Shown piece by piece: positions 1 to 11,909 of a stretch of DNA of 64,000 nucleotides. The notes under the pieces are model-generated. The model searched no databases and was not told where the DNA came from. It worked only from the letters and a program-made list of their open reading frames with translations. The stretch is taken from the NCBI GenBank assembly GCA_020184695.1, contig JAANOX010000136.1, positions 209,611 to 273,610 on the forward strand, given 5' to 3'. How positions within the stretch are numbered: the stretch's first letter is position 1; each line of letters begins with the position of its first letter. The translations under genes and the position numbers were made by a program. Origin of the DNA: Histomonas meleagridis 2922-C6/04-290x (lineage: Eukaryota; Protista; Parabasalia).

Positions 1-1503
1 AATTTTGGCGATGCTGAAATCGATGAAATTATTTCAACAATTGAACCAATATTTTTAAATCCACAACAATCTAATATTGATCCAGCATATTTTCTTGTTA
101 TAATATCATCATTAGTTTCACAAGTTGATTCACTTATTGATGATCTTTTACCAATTACTATACCAATACTTGACAGATATGTAATTAATTATAAAGAATG
201 TACGAATGATGATGTGTTAGGTTATTGTTTAATATATATTGGTGATATAATTAAAACATTTCCTGAAAAATCAAATGAATTATTAAATTATGTTATAAGT
301 TCACAATTAATTGCAAATGATTCAACAAAATCTGATCGAATTGTAATAGAAGCATTAAAGACATCAAGTATTACAGCTAAGTATATGGAAAACCATGAAA
401 TGGCTGAAGCACTTCAACCGATTTGTTGTAAAGTTTTAAGTTTTGAAGATGAAGATTTAAATTTAATTCCAACAGGTGTACTGTGTTCACTTTATATTGC
501 TAAATTACTTAATGAAGAAAGTTCGAAACAACTTTTCGATCAATTATTTACATTTTGTATGAACTCGAAAGATTGTCCTTCAGTAGCAGAAGCAACACGA
601 CCATTAATTAAACTTATAAAACATGCAACAAATACAAATTTACAACAATTTTTAACAGATGCTTATCAACTTATCGAATGTTTCATACAAGGAAATCTTC
701 CATCAAATGATTTCCCACCACTTTCAGGTCAATGTGATTTAATATATATGAAAAATTTTGCTTTTTTAATTGGGCAAGTGATACGTTATCCACATCCATT
801 TGTAGATCAATTATGTTTATTTATTATTAGTGTATTAAATTCACCTAATGAAGCGGCACTTTTTTCATATATTGGAGCGTTTTCTGATGGAATTAAATTT
901 AATACTATTAAACCCGAATTTATTCAACAGTTCTTTATAAAAGTACCGGATTTAATACAAAATCATTCAAGTGATCCAGATAGCCAACAAAATATTTCAT
1001 TTTTGTTTAATATACTTTTACAAGTTCATCCTGAATTAATTAATGTTGTGCAACCATTCATACAAAATATATGGCAATGGTTACAATATGGTCAACAACA
1101 AATGGGTGGTTACGAATTACTTGTTTCGAATGCTGCTTCATTTTTCTTGACGTTGTTTGCGAATAATTATCCGATTAATGAAGTTATATTGTTAGCTTCA
1201 TTAAAAGAAATTCCTCCTTTTGATAGATTAGAGACTTCGACAATGTTAAATAATGTAATTAAAATTTTGGATACAAAACAAATTAATGAACAAATTATCG
1301 AACAAATTTCTTTCGGTTTTGCTGAAGTTTTATTAATGAAAAATTCCGAAATTCAAGAAAGAAGAATATCACAAGAGTTATTCATGTTAGTGACTCAAAA
1401 ATTTAGAAATATTATCCAAGCATTCCCTCAAGTTTATAATAGAATTCAAATTAAGTATCGAAAATCTAAAGCAAAAATACAAAAATTAAATAAAGTGATA
1501 TAG
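1..1503 (+). CDS. HEAT/ARM-repeat alpha-solenoid protein, importin-beta-like, 5'-truncated by the window edge
   Basis: The frame of ORF 214..1503 is open back to base 1, and 214 is only a GTG. The protein is Leu/Ile-rich and helical with repeating amphipathic segments. The importin-beta-like call is by overall character only. Confidence 0.55.
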   Translation, partial: NFGDAEIDEIISTIEPIFLNPQQSNIDPAYFLVIISSLVSQVDSLIDDLLPITIPILDRYVINYKECTNDDVLGYCLIYIGDIIKTFPEKSNELLNYVISSQLIANDSTKSDRIVIEALKTSSITAKYMENHEMAEALQPICCKVLSFEDEDLNLIPTGVLCSLYIAKLLNEESSKQLFDQLFTFCMNSKDCPSVAEATRPLIKLIKHATNTNLQQFLTDAYQLIECFIQGNLPSNDFPPLSGQCDLIYMKNFAFLIGQVIRYPHPFVDQLCLFIISVLNSPNEAALFSYIGAFSDGIKFNTIKPEFIQQFFIKVPDLIQNHSSDPDSQQNISFLFNILLQVHPELINVVQPFIQNIWQWLQYGQQQMGGYELLVSNAASFFLTLFANNYPINEVILLASLKEIPPFDRLETSTMLNNVIKILDTKQINEQIIEQISFGFAEVLLMKNSEIQERRISQELFMLVTQKFRNIIQAFPQVYNRIQIKYRKSKAKIQKLNKVI

Positions 1504-1574
1504 CAATGTAAACCTTTCAAATCAGTTTGTCTCAATTTCAAAAAGTGTCATGGCTGGCCACTTTGTCTCCAAAA

Positions 1575-2054
1575 ATGAGCGATAATAACACTATTGCTTC
1601 CGAATTTATAGCAGCATACTACTATAAATTAACTTACGTGCCAAATGATATCCAAAAGTTTTATAATCAAGAAAAGGCAACAATTTGGCGTCAATCAATG
1701 GAATCTTCAAACGCTATTCCTTTCAAAGATGCTAAAAATTTATTAGTTCCTACAATTACAAAAGGAAGCAAAGTTAGCGTCTTGGAATACAATATCTTAA
1801 ATGTCGAAAATGGTTTCATCTTAAACGTTTTCGGTAAAATCGAAGAAGGAGAAACTGCTAGAAAGTTTGTTCAAACATTTTTCATTGAAATTGTTAAGGC
1901 AGAAGACGTTTCTAGAATTTGCATTATTTCTGATTCATTAAAGTATGAGTCAACTAAGGAAGAGGAAGAAGCACTTCAACTTACTGAAGTTCGTCCAAAG
2001 AAACAATACAAGAAGAAACCAACACCAAATAAGTTCGTTTATAAAGCTGATTAA
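1575..2054 (+). CDS. NTF2-like domain protein (G3BP/Bre5-type N-terminus)
   Basis: First ATG at 1575 (MSDNNTIASEFIAAYYYKL..IQKFY..; later FVQTFFIE..ICIISDSLKY) matches the NTF2-fold pattern F...YY...l..fY ... F.QtF.l ... i.nD.fry. Short basic C-terminal tail. Confidence 0.7.
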   Translation: MSDNNTIASEFIAAYYYKLTYVPNDIQKFYNQEKATIWRQSMESSNAIPFKDAKNLLVPTITKGSKVSVLEYNILNVENGFILNVFGKIEEGETARKFVQTFFIEIVKAEDVSRICIISDSLKYESTKEEEEALQLTEVRPKKQYKKKPTPNKFVYKAD

Positions 2055-2256
2055 ACAGTCATATAATTTTTATTTTATTTTAAAATGTTATAAAGGAAAA
2101 TTCATTCGAAGTTAATATTTTATATATTTATTTTTTCCGAATACATCATTTTTATTGTATAACAATTTATAAATTTTGAAAATATTCTGGTTTTACCTTT
2201 GAAATTGGGTTTTTTAATAAAAATTTTATTGATAAAATACTGTTTATATAAACCTA

Positions 2257-4977
2257 ATGAATCAATTACAACTTTCATTCAATGATTGGGCTTATATTGA
2301 TCCAAAAAACACAAAGAATCAACAATGTGCTTGGGGAACATGTGGTGTATTTGCACATTCAATAGGAAATGTTATCACTATTTACTCTGAAGATAAATAT
2401 TCATTTCATCCTATAAAGAATATATCTATGCATACTCCATTGATTATAGCAATTGCTTTATATGATGGAAGACTTATTGGTGCACGATCACTTCCTTATT
2501 TAGTGTTTTCAACTCAGAATGGTAAGATTATAGTTGTTGATTTTTCTAATTATGAAACTATTGCTGAATTTAATTGTAATAATGTAATTATTGTTTCTTT
2601 AAAGTGGTCATATACTTCTCAGAATACATTTTTTGCAGGAACAAATGATGGAAAACTTATTAGATTTGACATTGAAGAAATAAATGGGAAGCATCGTATA
2701 AAAGTTATATGGAAAATATCATTTGGAAAAAGTCCAACTAGTTTTATTTGTATTGAACCAAATCTTGGAAATAATATAATTGCTGCTTCAAAACATTGGA
2801 ATCTTTTAATAGTGGAAAATATCCAATCTAAAGAGCCTTCATATATTCAAAGATCTTTTGAAATGAATGATTCTAATATGTTAATTGTTTATTGTGATTA
2901 TTACTTGCTTTATTCTAATTATATCATATTATGTTCGGAAACTAGTGCATTTCTTTATTCAATTCATGATAATATAATCTGTAATTTTATTTCTGATGAT
3001 GGTATCCGTTATATTCAACCAATTAAAAAAAAGAATCAAATAATAATTATTACAAAATCGAAAATTAGGATTTTAGAACAGCAAAAAAATAAGAATTGGA
3101 TTTGTTGTTCTATGATTAACTTTGAAGAAAAATTTAGTAAAGCATTTCGAATAGTAAAACTTATACAATCATATGATAGATTTATTTTAGTTACATCTGT
3201 AGGCTATATTAATTTAGTAGAAATTCGTAATAATAAATTATTTATTACAAAAAGATTTCAATTACTTTATTCACGCCCAATGGGATGGGATATTTATGAT
3301 GGATCAATCGCTATTGTTAACGAGAATGGAATACTTTGTATTACTAAAAAATCACCTGAAGCAAAATTTAAATCAGATTCTAACTTTAGGATATCTGATT
3401 TTCATAGAAGTCAATCTTTAAACCAAGAAAGACCTTCAATTGTTATCAGAAAGCCTACTCGCTCACTTCAAAGTAAAGAAACATCAACAGAAATAAAAAA
3501 TGGAAACGATACAACTTTTGAAAAATGTTTTCATATATCGAAAGGACCTTTAAATTTTGTAAAATGGATACATAATAATAAAATATTATGTTATAATATA
3601 AATAGAAATCTAAAAGTAGATATTTGGCTTGTTGATCTCAAAAAAAGAAAAGTAATTCCATATGATCAGGATAGAGTAAAATTTATTCCTTTTCCTTTGA
3701 CAAAAGTATATTTAAATTGTGATAGAACAATATGTTGTATTATTTTTGGTGATTTATTTGCATCCTTCATTTCATTAAGTAAATTTCCTCAATGTATTGG
3801 TGTTTATTCATCTAGAGAACCTTTCTTGTTTTCATTCGGACCGACTCCATCCATAGCAATTCTTGCTACAAATTCAAATTTGAAGTTATCTGTTTTAAGG
3901 ATTTCAGAGGAGACTGTAAAAGTTGTTCCTCTTAAAATTAAATTAAAACAGGAAATATCTATTATTTCAAGGATTGAAGAAGGGTTTTTATTTGGAACAA
4001 TGTTAGGTGAACTCTTTACACTTAATATAGAAACTAATGAATTTTGTGAAATTGCAACTGTTTCAAATAGACCAATTATTGCTATAAGGTTCTTAGAAAA
4101 ATCATATTTATTAGTTGATGATTCAAGAAAATCATTTATTTATTCAAATGGAAAAATTCATAATTTTAAAAGTAATATTCAACAAATTTCATTTACTTCT
4201 CCAAATACCTTTCTAATTTTATATTTAAATAAAAAGAAACTTGTAGTAGAAAGTCAAAATGGGAAAAATGTTAAAGAAGATCCATTAACATATATTCCAC
4301 CATCATTATTACCAAGTTTTCAATGGTCACTATATATCAAAAAACTAGTTTTAACTGATTATGATAAAACAAAAAATATTTTAATGGGATTAGGTCTTCC
4401 TTTAGTAAGCTTAATTTTAATGGAAAAGAAACAAGATGATGAAGATATAAATGGATTTTCCATTTTATCAAATGTGATAGATAAAGTACAAGAAATGATT
4501 CCATCAACATCACTTTCTCATGCTTTAGCAAATAATAAAGAAGAATCAATGAGCATAAGATTGAATCTTAGTTTGGATCATCCAAATTATGCAAAAGAAA
4601 TAATGAAGACAATATTCTATTCTGATGATATGAAAAACAATGGTTTTGCAAAAATTATCGCAATGAAACTTCTTGATTCTGGAAATTATATTGACGCTTT
4701 TGAAATTATGGTGTTATCTGGTAACTGGGAAAGCGCTATAGAATTATTGATTGAATCTAACCATATTTTAAATGCCATACATCTAATGAAGTTTAAAATG
4801 AATAAAGAAAATCAAGAAATGATTGAAAAACTGGTATCAGGCATTATGAAAAATGATTCCTTGTTATTGATGTATGCAAATTTTTGGAATCTTGATTATA
4901 TAATCAATTATTTTAATCAAAAAGGTCAAGAAGAAATAACTGAGTTACTTGGCAAACTCAAAAATATACAATGTTGA
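2257..4977 (+). CDS. Large WD40/beta-propeller protein (WDR11-like architecture)
   Basis: Intact 906-aa ORF. Beta-strand-rich repeats with W-terminated motifs (CAWG, SLKWS, FFAGTNDGKL, FVKWI) and a helical C-terminal region. Confidence 0.6.
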   Translation: MNQLQLSFNDWAYIDPKNTKNQQCAWGTCGVFAHSIGNVITIYSEDKYSFHPIKNISMHTPLIIAIALYDGRLIGARSLPYLVFSTQNGKIIVVDFSNYETIAEFNCNNVIIVSLKWSYTSQNTFFAGTNDGKLIRFDIEEINGKHRIKVIWKISFGKSPTSFICIEPNLGNNIIAASKHWNLLIVENIQSKEPSYIQRSFEMNDSNMLIVYCDYYLLYSNYIILCSETSAFLYSIHDNIICNFISDDGIRYIQPIKKKNQIIIITKSKIRILEQQKNKNWICCSMINFEEKFSKAFRIVKLIQSYDRFILVTSVGYINLVEIRNNKLFITKRFQLLYSRPMGWDIYDGSIAIVNENGILCITKKSPEAKFKSDSNFRISDFHRSQSLNQERPSIVIRKPTRSLQSKETSTEIKNGNDTTFEKCFHISKGPLNFVKWIHNNKILCYNINRNLKVDIWLVDLKKRKVIPYDQDRVKFIPFPLTKVYLNCDRTICCIIFGDLFASFISLSKFPQCIGVYSSREPFLFSFGPTPSIAILATNSNLKLSVLRISEETVKVVPLKIKLKQEISIISRIEEGFLFGTMLGELFTLNIETNEFCEIATVSNRPIIAIRFLEKSYLLVDDSRKSFIYSNGKIHNFKSNIQQISFTSPNTFLILYLNKKKLVVESQNGKNVKEDPLTYIPPSLLPSFQWSLYIKKLVLTDYDKTKNILMGLGLPLVSLILMEKKQDDEDINGFSILSNVIDKVQEMIPSTSLSHALANNKEESMSIRLNLSLDHPNYAKEIMKTIFYSDDMKNNGFAKIIAMKLLDSGNYIDAFEIMVLSGNWESAIELLIESNHILNAIHLMKFKMNKENQEMIEKLVSGIMKNDSLLLMYANFWNLDYIINYFNQKGQEEITELLGKLKNIQC

Positions 4978-5175
4978 ATATACGTTACATCTTGAAATGA
5001 AATAATATATAATAAAAATATTTTAAAAATAACATTTTTACAATGGTTTATGATATTTACAATTTACCTCTTATTCGATTTTTTAAATTAAATCGTTTTC
5101 ACTTATCTTTTTATGAATTATAACATAATACAAATAATAGTAAAATTCCGTAATTCTATTTTATTATTAAAACAT

Positions 5176-7302
5176 TCATCTTAATGGAGTCAGTTTATCC
5201 AAACTTTTCGTTTTTTGTTGAATATCCAAATTTCCTCCTCTGTAGTTCCTTGACGTTTCCGCGTCTCTTTGCGTCCTCGCTCTTGTGCTTCTGATTGTGA
5301 CGTTGTTCATTCTCGATCTTCTAATTGAAGAAATTTTTTCTTTTGTATCGTCCTCAAACTCAAAGTTTAAGTCGACCAAACTATTCATTGCACTTTTTGC
5401 TTTGGTATTTTCGTTTATATCTTCAGTTTCGTCAATTTGACCAAAATTCAATAATTCAATATTTTCGTCAATGTTCATATCTTGCGACATAGTGAAGGGA
5501 TTGATTGACCTTCTTCTAGAGTTGCCTTGGTATTCAATTTCTTCGGGTACTTCTTCATCGCTATCACTATATATTTCATATTCGTCTTCTTCTTCTTCAA
5601 GTGGATTTGGTAATGGTTGTGTGGGAAATTCATAGTTAGGTAATGCATGGATTTGGGCTTCGACAAGTTCTTCAGATGTGACATTTTCAGATTCTTGATA
5701 ATCATCAAGTATACTATGGATTATAAAAAGAAGGCGTGCACGCATAGAACGTGAAATTGTGTCAGATGAAAGCATGGAAAGAGCAAATGGTACAACTGAT
5801 ATGAGTTTTTGTGAAATTTCTATATCTAGAAGTTGTAGAAGATCTATAGCAGGGTCCATTGCTTGTGACCAATGGCGTAAATTCCAAAAGTCAGATAAAG
5901 ATGGAATAATGGATTTGATAGTAAAATCACTTCCTAAGCGTTTAGAAATAAGAACAAAAACACACATTATAAGTTTAGCCAGTTCTTGACTCGAAGCTGA
6001 TGCGAGACGATGACTTAAAGCTGGTGTGAGTTTATCTGATATAAATATATTTGTCATTTTTGGTATTACATATGGAAGAACCTTTACACAACTAATACTT
6101 ACTGATTCATCAGTTGTATCAAGGCTATTAAGTATTGTCGGAATAATTGTTGAATCATAATAAATTGGTGAAACACGTTTAAGAAGAACCGCCATGTATC
6201 GTATTAACGTTTCACATATTTTGGGGTGCCCTTTTATCTGAAAAATTGATGTTAACGGTTTTATGATTTCCTCGTTGAATTGGCTGTCTTTTTTGTATTT
6301 ATCTTGGACAGCGAATATTATTGAAAGCAAAACACTACATAACTCAATATTGTTATTGATATAAAACATAAAAATAGGCATGAATTTGGATTGTATCATT
6401 CTAAAGGAAAATGCATAAATGATATCCCTAAGTCCAACAAAAAAGTTCAAAAGGTCATCAACATCATGTTGTCCTATGTCATATATGTAATTAAAGACAG
6501 AACAAACAAGTGAAGTGAATGCATGTGAATTTACAATTTCTCCAAAGGTTAATCTTGCATTATCATTAGCAAGCATACAGTTTTTAAGTAATTTATCGAA
6601 ACCTTCTGGAAGATTATCACATGAGTTAATCGATAAAGGGCCTTTAGAATCCTTTTTTTGAAATATGAAAAGACATGTAAGAGCAAACATATAAACATCA
6701 GCTTTTGCAGTGAATCCACGACCCATTATTATCTCTGGTGGAAGGAATTCACTTGGGAGATGGAAAATTGAGTTTGGTACCCATGGGGTAAATGGATGTT
6801 GTAATGTTTCATTTTCATATTGGAATGTTGTAGCATGAATAAATGGTCCAAGCTTAACTGAGAAGCGATGATTTATAAATATGTTTTGAGGAGTAAGGCC
6901 GAGATATGCAATTTTCATGGAATGTAGATCTTTCATAACATTAGATATAGATTGAACAAGATACAGTCCTTCATCACGTGAAATCTTACCAATAGATGTG
7001 ATATTCGAAACAATATGTTCTGAAGCAAATCCTAAAGTATTTTCAATATATCCTATTTCTAAGATTTTAAGGACCATAGGATGAGAAATCTTTTGCATCA
7101 TTTGAAGGCTAGATTCACAATGTGAAAGAAAGTTATGTCTCTTTTTTTTACTTTTTTCATTTTTTTTAATTAATTGATAGTCAATTATCCAAAGTGAGCA
7201 AGATTTCCCAGTTGATTTAATCGTAGCCTTATGTACTTTCCATATACCAACGTCGAACTTAAAAACGATGTTTCCATAGTTCGAAGAGATATCTGCTCCC
7301 AT
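5176..7302 (-). CDS. SCY1-like pseudokinase with HEAT repeats and acidic tail
   Basis: First ATG at 7302 (MGADISS, MGxxxS myristoylation-type start). The kinase-like N-terminal domain has QKISHPMVLKIL, LTPQNIFIN and FLPPE..KADVYMF but lacks canonical HRD/DFG. A HEAT-like middle and acidic C-terminus follow. Confidence 0.7.
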   Translation of the reverse strand: MGADISSNYGNIVFKFDVGIWKVHKATIKSTGKSCSLWIIDYQLIKKNEKSKKKRHNFLSHCESSLQMMQKISHPMVLKILEIGYIENTLGFASEHIVSNITSIGKISRDEGLYLVQSISNVMKDLHSMKIAYLGLTPQNIFINHRFSVKLGPFIHATTFQYENETLQHPFTPWVPNSIFHLPSEFLPPEIIMGRGFTAKADVYMFALTCLFIFQKKDSKGPLSINSCDNLPEGFDKLLKNCMLANDNARLTFGEIVNSHAFTSLVCSVFNYIYDIGQHDVDDLLNFFVGLRDIIYAFSFRMIQSKFMPIFMFYINNNIELCSVLLSIIFAVQDKYKKDSQFNEEIIKPLTSIFQIKGHPKICETLIRYMAVLLKRVSPIYYDSTIIPTILNSLDTTDESVSISCVKVLPYVIPKMTNIFISDKLTPALSHRLASASSQELAKLIMCVFVLISKRLGSDFTIKSIIPSLSDFWNLRHWSQAMDPAIDLLQLLDIEISQKLISVVPFALSMLSSDTISRSMRARLLFIIHSILDDYQESENVTSEELVEAQIHALPNYEFPTQPLPNPLEEEEDEYEIYSDSDEEVPEEIEYQGNSRRRSINPFTMSQDMNIDENIELLNFGQIDETEDINENTKAKSAMNSLVDLNFEFEDDTKEKISSIRRSRMNNVTIRSTRARTQRDAETSRNYRGGNLDIQQKTKSLDKLTPLR

Positions 7303-7597
7303 TTTGCACAAGCTGCCGGATAAACCATTCAATTCTCCATCGTTCGCCGTTCCAACATAAAAAAGCCGAAAATCAAACCTCCGAAACCGCCGAAATAAAA
7401 AATCGGCAGTATCGGTATCACTTTTTGAAAGTGATTCAATCAAAGCCGATCAAAAAGTACTGCTAATTTAATTCCATTTAAAAAAATTTTTAAATTTTTT
7501 TTAACGCAAGTGGAAGTTTATTTACTTTTTTTTTTCAAATTACAACCATTTGCTTTTTTATATTTTATAAAAATATAAATAAATCAAATTATCAATA

Positions 7598-10500
7598 TTA
7601 TGAATATAAAAACGCTCCTTGTCCTTCGCTAATAGCCATTAACAATTTCTTTTTCAAGATTTCCTTCGAACTATATTCAGGCACTTTAAAGTAATTCGAA
7701 CACGTCGATGCAGTTGGTAATGCATCATCTGGATTTTGGCCTTTTTCGACAGCTCTTTTAGCTATCGATAACTTTGGGTTTAAGTTTGCTAATCCACCGA
7801 CAGGTAATCTTTCACAACCTGTAATGAATTTAATTAGCAACGCCTTTTGTTTCGGATCCATTTCTAAAATTGTTTGGAATAACATATTAATAACAGGCGA
7901 TTTAGAATTATAACCATGTTCAAGGATAACATATTTTTCTAAATCATTTTTCGTTATATTTACATCTTCACCAATAATTAAAAACTTTAAATCTCTAGAT
8001 GATAAAAGTTTAAATCCTCCGCGTTCTATAATCGAATGAAAACCATCGAGAAAACGCTTTCGAATTTGATTTAATTTAGAGCCACAAGTAAAATCAATTA
8101 TTAAATTTGTATATTTCGAAAAGTTTTGTTTTGTAACAAATATATTTTTCCCATTATTACATAGTTCTAAATCATCAAATCCTGGATAAGTGAATGGCAT
8201 TCCTTCTAATCCTTCGAAACTTAACAATGAATTATAAAGTCTTTCATCGACTTCTTTTAAATGTATTTTATACCCTTTAATAAACTTAAAGAAAGTATTA
8301 CTTAATGGTATTGATAATAATGAATTCATTTGTATTGCTTTCCCACATAACAGACCTAATAAATAAAACATTTCTGGATTAGCATTAGGTGATGGGAATA
8401 ATCCATTTTCAGAAAATGAATATTCATTATCACTTAATGTAGAATTTCGCCACATATTATATTTCTTTTTAGCTAATTCTTTGGAAAACAAATCAAAGAA
8501 TTCATGAGCTGGTCCTAAACCAAAACCATTTTCATTATGAAATGATATATCTAAATGTATTGCAGATGGTCCAATTTCTTTTAATAGTTTAGAACCATCT
8601 TCAAAGATATGATCACGTCGAATTATACATGTAAATGTTTGACGTCCTTCACGTAATATTTGATTTTGATGAAATATCGTTGAATATGCAGATGATAATG
8701 AAGAATAATAATCTAATGATATGATTTTAAATAAAAGAATTTTATAACGTGATGAAAATAAAAATGGATAATGATATGGAATGATAATTGATGGCGAAGA
8801 CATTGAAATAATTCCTGTAAATGTACTTTTGGAATTAAGACGATGTTCAATCGACTTAACTTTATGACTTAATTTAGGTGAAATACTATTAATCTTTTCC
8901 ATTATCTTTAAGAAATCATTAAATTTATGATTTAACTTTAATTCTTTTGGTATTGATTCACCATATATTATAGGATTAGGTTCAACTTCATCAATTAATT
9001 CCATATCAAAGACTGTCGATCTAAATAATGATATTAATTGTAATGATCGAACATATGTATTATATGTAAAGTCTAAATATGAATAAACTTTATCTTTAAT
9101 CTTAAATGAAAATCGTTTATAATTTGGTGTATTAAAGATTCGATGTAATATACCAATTTGTGTAAATGATAATCGTGTTAAATTTGGTATTTGATATATC
9201 GAATTATTATTAAGTTTTTGTTCTAAATATGTCGTTGTTATTTTATTATGTTCTTGATTCCACCAAGCTTCGAACCCTACAAATTGTCCATTACTATATA
9301 TAGTAATTACTCCATAATTATTACCTTTATAAATAACATTATATGGTATTGACGTTTGTATTAAATCATTAGCAGTCTTTCGAAATGTAGGATCATTAAA
9401 TAATGGTAATTGGATTACTTGTGCTATACTTTCCATAGTTTCAACAAGTTTTGTAAAATCTAAGTTTTGTATACTTTGTGACTTCGTTAACATTTTTGGT
9501 ACTTCACTAAATACTTTCGACATATAAAACTCAACTGGTTTAAACTTATTCTTGGACATAAAGTCAAGTAACTTCTCAATAGTATCGATCTTCGCATTAT
9601 TAAAACTATTGTTAGATGAATTCTCTAATCGTCGTGTTAATATTCGTAACTTTTCATCATACCATACTTGATATGCTTTATTTTGTTGTGTTGATGCTTG
9701 TAATGCTTCAAATAAACCACTAGATAAATATATATCTTCATTACCCGTACATGTAACTGTTAATAGTATCGCATGCATCGATGATATTTGTTGTCGTTGT
9801 AAATATGTTACAAGTTTAACAAATACTTTGTTCGGAACTTGAAATGTTATTATCGAGCGACAAACTATTAATAACGCATATGATAATTTAATATCAATGT
9901 CTTTTTTCTCAATGAAATCTATACAATATGGATGTATAATATTAGCTAAGCGTTCAAGATTAGTCGCACATTCATGTGGCTTATCCCAATACCCATCTGG
10001 GAAATCAGCAGCTGGAAAGATATTTAATAATAAGTTTAACATTTGATTGATAATTGTATTCGATTTTTGACCAAATTTATTACATGAAAAATATTTCGCA
10101 TATGAAATATCGCCATCAACCCATTTTTGTGCAAACCAAACTTCTTTACATTTACCTTTACATGTGGTAATTAATGGTTCAATGGCATCGGGATCATCGC
10201 AAATTGATAATGTTTCAAATAAGATATCATATATGTTGTTGGGGATTAAAGGCATTGTGAATGAATTGATTAAATGTGAAAATGTAATAACGGATAAACG
10301 ACGGATGATAGTGTCGTTGTATTGGAGTTTGTTGGCTATTTGATTAAAGTGTTTAAGTGCATCAGTTTGTGAAATATGTTCTGTTGTGGTACAAATACAT
10401 TTAATGACAAAGCGCTTTTGGTTTGTCATAAGTTGGTCAAAATGTTTTAGAAAGATATCAATGCTAAATAAAGTAGTAATTTTTTTGGGATCAATTTCAT

Positions 10501-10864
10501 TTAAGGCAATTATAAGTTCAAAGGTACTTTGTGCCATTCGACGACTAAGATCCTGATTGAGTTTGGTTAGAATTAAATTGTATATGAAATTAGATGATGA
10601 AATCTGTATTGGACGGAAACTTTTTATGATGTTAGCCATGAATGTGGTGGTTGCATCATAAAGGTTTTCGTTGGTTGTTTTTGAAAAAATATTAATGATT
10701 TTTTCTGTTACAATGTTAACATCTAATAATTCGATTACATTTGTTTGGCCAAATAATATTAGTTCGTTTAGTTTCTGTATTGATTCTAGTTCTTTTTGCT
10801 CATTGCCTGAGTTGAGGTTTTCGACCAAATCTGGGAGTGAAGCGAGAATTCCGTCTAAGTCCAT
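7598..10864 (-). CDS. HECT-domain E3 ubiquitin ligase with N-terminal ARM repeats (TRIP12/Ufd4/UPL3-like)
   Basis: C-terminal HECT motifs IRRDHIFED, F.NENGFGLGP.HEFF, FIKFITGCERLPVGG and catalytic LPTASTCSNYFKVPEY. The N-terminus is helical. Confidence 0.9.
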   Translation of the reverse strand: MDLDGILASLPDLVENLNSGNEQKELESIQKLNELILFGQTNVIELLDVNIVTEKIINIFSKTTNENLYDATTTFMANIIKSFRPIQISSSNFIYNLILTKLNQDLSRRMAQSTFELIIALNEIDPKKITTLFSIDIFLKHFDQLMTNQKRFVIKCICTTTEHISQTDALKHFNQIANKLQYNDTIIRRLSVITFSHLINSFTMPLIPNNIYDILFETLSICDDPDAIEPLITTCKGKCKEVWFAQKWVDGDISYAKYFSCNKFGQKSNTIINQMLNLLLNIFPAADFPDGYWDKPHECATNLERLANIIHPYCIDFIEKKDIDIKLSYALLIVCRSIITFQVPNKVFVKLVTYLQRQQISSMHAILLTVTCTGNEDIYLSSGLFEALQASTQQNKAYQVWYDEKLRILTRRLENSSNNSFNNAKIDTIEKLLDFMSKNKFKPVEFYMSKVFSEVPKMLTKSQSIQNLDFTKLVETMESIAQVIQLPLFNDPTFRKTANDLIQTSIPYNVIYKGNNYGVITIYSNGQFVGFEAWWNQEHNKITTTYLEQKLNNNSIYQIPNLTRLSFTQIGILHRIFNTPNYKRFSFKIKDKVYSYLDFTYNTYVRSLQLISLFRSTVFDMELIDEVEPNPIIYGESIPKELKLNHKFNDFLKIMEKINSISPKLSHKVKSIEHRLNSKSTFTGIISMSSPSIIIPYHYPFLFSSRYKILLFKIISLDYYSSLSSAYSTIFHQNQILREGRQTFTCIIRRDHIFEDGSKLLKEIGPSAIHLDISFHNENGFGLGPAHEFFDLFSKELAKKKYNMWRNSTLSDNEYSFSENGLFPSPNANPEMFYLLGLLCGKAIQMNSLLSIPLSNTFFKFIKGYKIHLKEVDERLYNSLLSFEGLEGMPFTYPGFDDLELCNNGKNIFVTKQNFSKYTNLIIDFTCGSKLNQIRKRFLDGFHSIIERGGFKLLSSRDLKFLIIGEDVNITKNDLEKYVILEHGYNSKSPVINMLFQTILEMDPKQKALLIKFITGCERLPVGGLANLNPKLSIAKRAVEKGQNPDDALPTASTCSNYFKVPEYSSKEILKKKLLMAISEGQGAFLYS

Positions 10865-11228
10865 CCGACCTGAAATCTGGCAAAAAGTGATAAATTTTAA
10901 AAAAAAATTACCCTAAGTTGACGGTTAATTTTACCGTAAAACAAAAAATGGCACTTTAAAGACTTAGAAGAAAATTAATATAAAATTCAATTTTACAATC
11001 AAAAGAAAACTTCACTTTCCCTATCAATATTTATTTGTACATAAATAATATAACAAGGTTAAACAAATAATAAGAATTAATTATAGTGAAATGATGAAAA
11101 GTGATTTTGGAAGTTGAGTTTACAAACATTTATTTTATAATTGAAAAAGTTTTCTTCCGACCAAATTATGAATGGTTTATTTTTATAAATTCTTTGGTTA
11201 AAAGATCAAATAAAATCCATAACTTAAG

Positions 11229-11909
11229 ATGGAAGATTGGTTTAACGATCCATTTTTTCAAGATAATAGTGATCCATTCGAAAGCATGAATAGGCACTTT
11301 CAACAAATGCATCAAATGATGAATAGTATGTTCAATCATCCATTCTTTTCATCACCTTACGGTTCACTTGGATTTGATCAACCATATCACCAACAAATCC
11401 ATGGGCATGGATATCCTAACCGAAATAGATCTGGCAGAGTAATGGAAGAACAAGATGAAACAAGATATCAACCACATTCAAATACACCAATTATCGAAGA
11501 ACCTGATTCAGATGATGACACACATAACTATAGTCAACCTAATTATGATAGATCAAATAGACATACTCATAGTCGATATAATCAACCTCATGATACATTC
11601 TTCTATTCATCTTCAATGTCAACATACACAGGCCCTAATGGAGTAAGGCATGCCAAAAAGAAAACGTATGACAGTACAACTGGAAAAACAGAAATGGCAG
11701 AAATGCGCATGATCGGCGATCAAGCAGTTGCTCGAAAAAGAGAAATTGGAAGAAATGGGCATGTAAAGGATATGTTTGACAAAAGCAATATTGATGATGA
11801 TGAGATTGAAGATTTTGATCATCGATGGAATAATCTCCATAGAAATAATGCATCTACCTTAACCTATTCAAACCGCCATCCCCATTCACGCAGTCCACAA
11901 TTGAAATAA
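11229..11909 (+). CDS. MLF: Myeloid leukemia factor (MLF)-family protein
   Basis: DPFF/M-rich N-terminus, then FYSSSMSTY..G......K..DS.TG......MRMIGDQ.....R, and C-terminal D..EFD.RW, as in MLF-family proteins. Confidence 0.7.
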   Translation: MEDWFNDPFFQDNSDPFESMNRHFQQMHQMMNSMFNHPFFSSPYGSLGFDQPYHQQIHGHGYPNRNRSGRVMEEQDETRYQPHSNTPIIEEPDSDDDTHNYSQPNYDRSNRHTHSRYNQPHDTFFYSSSMSTYTGPNGVRHAKKKTYDSTTGKTEMAEMRMIGDQAVARKREIGRNGHVKDMFDKSNIDDDEIEDFDHRWNNLHRNNASTLTYSNRHPHSRSPQLK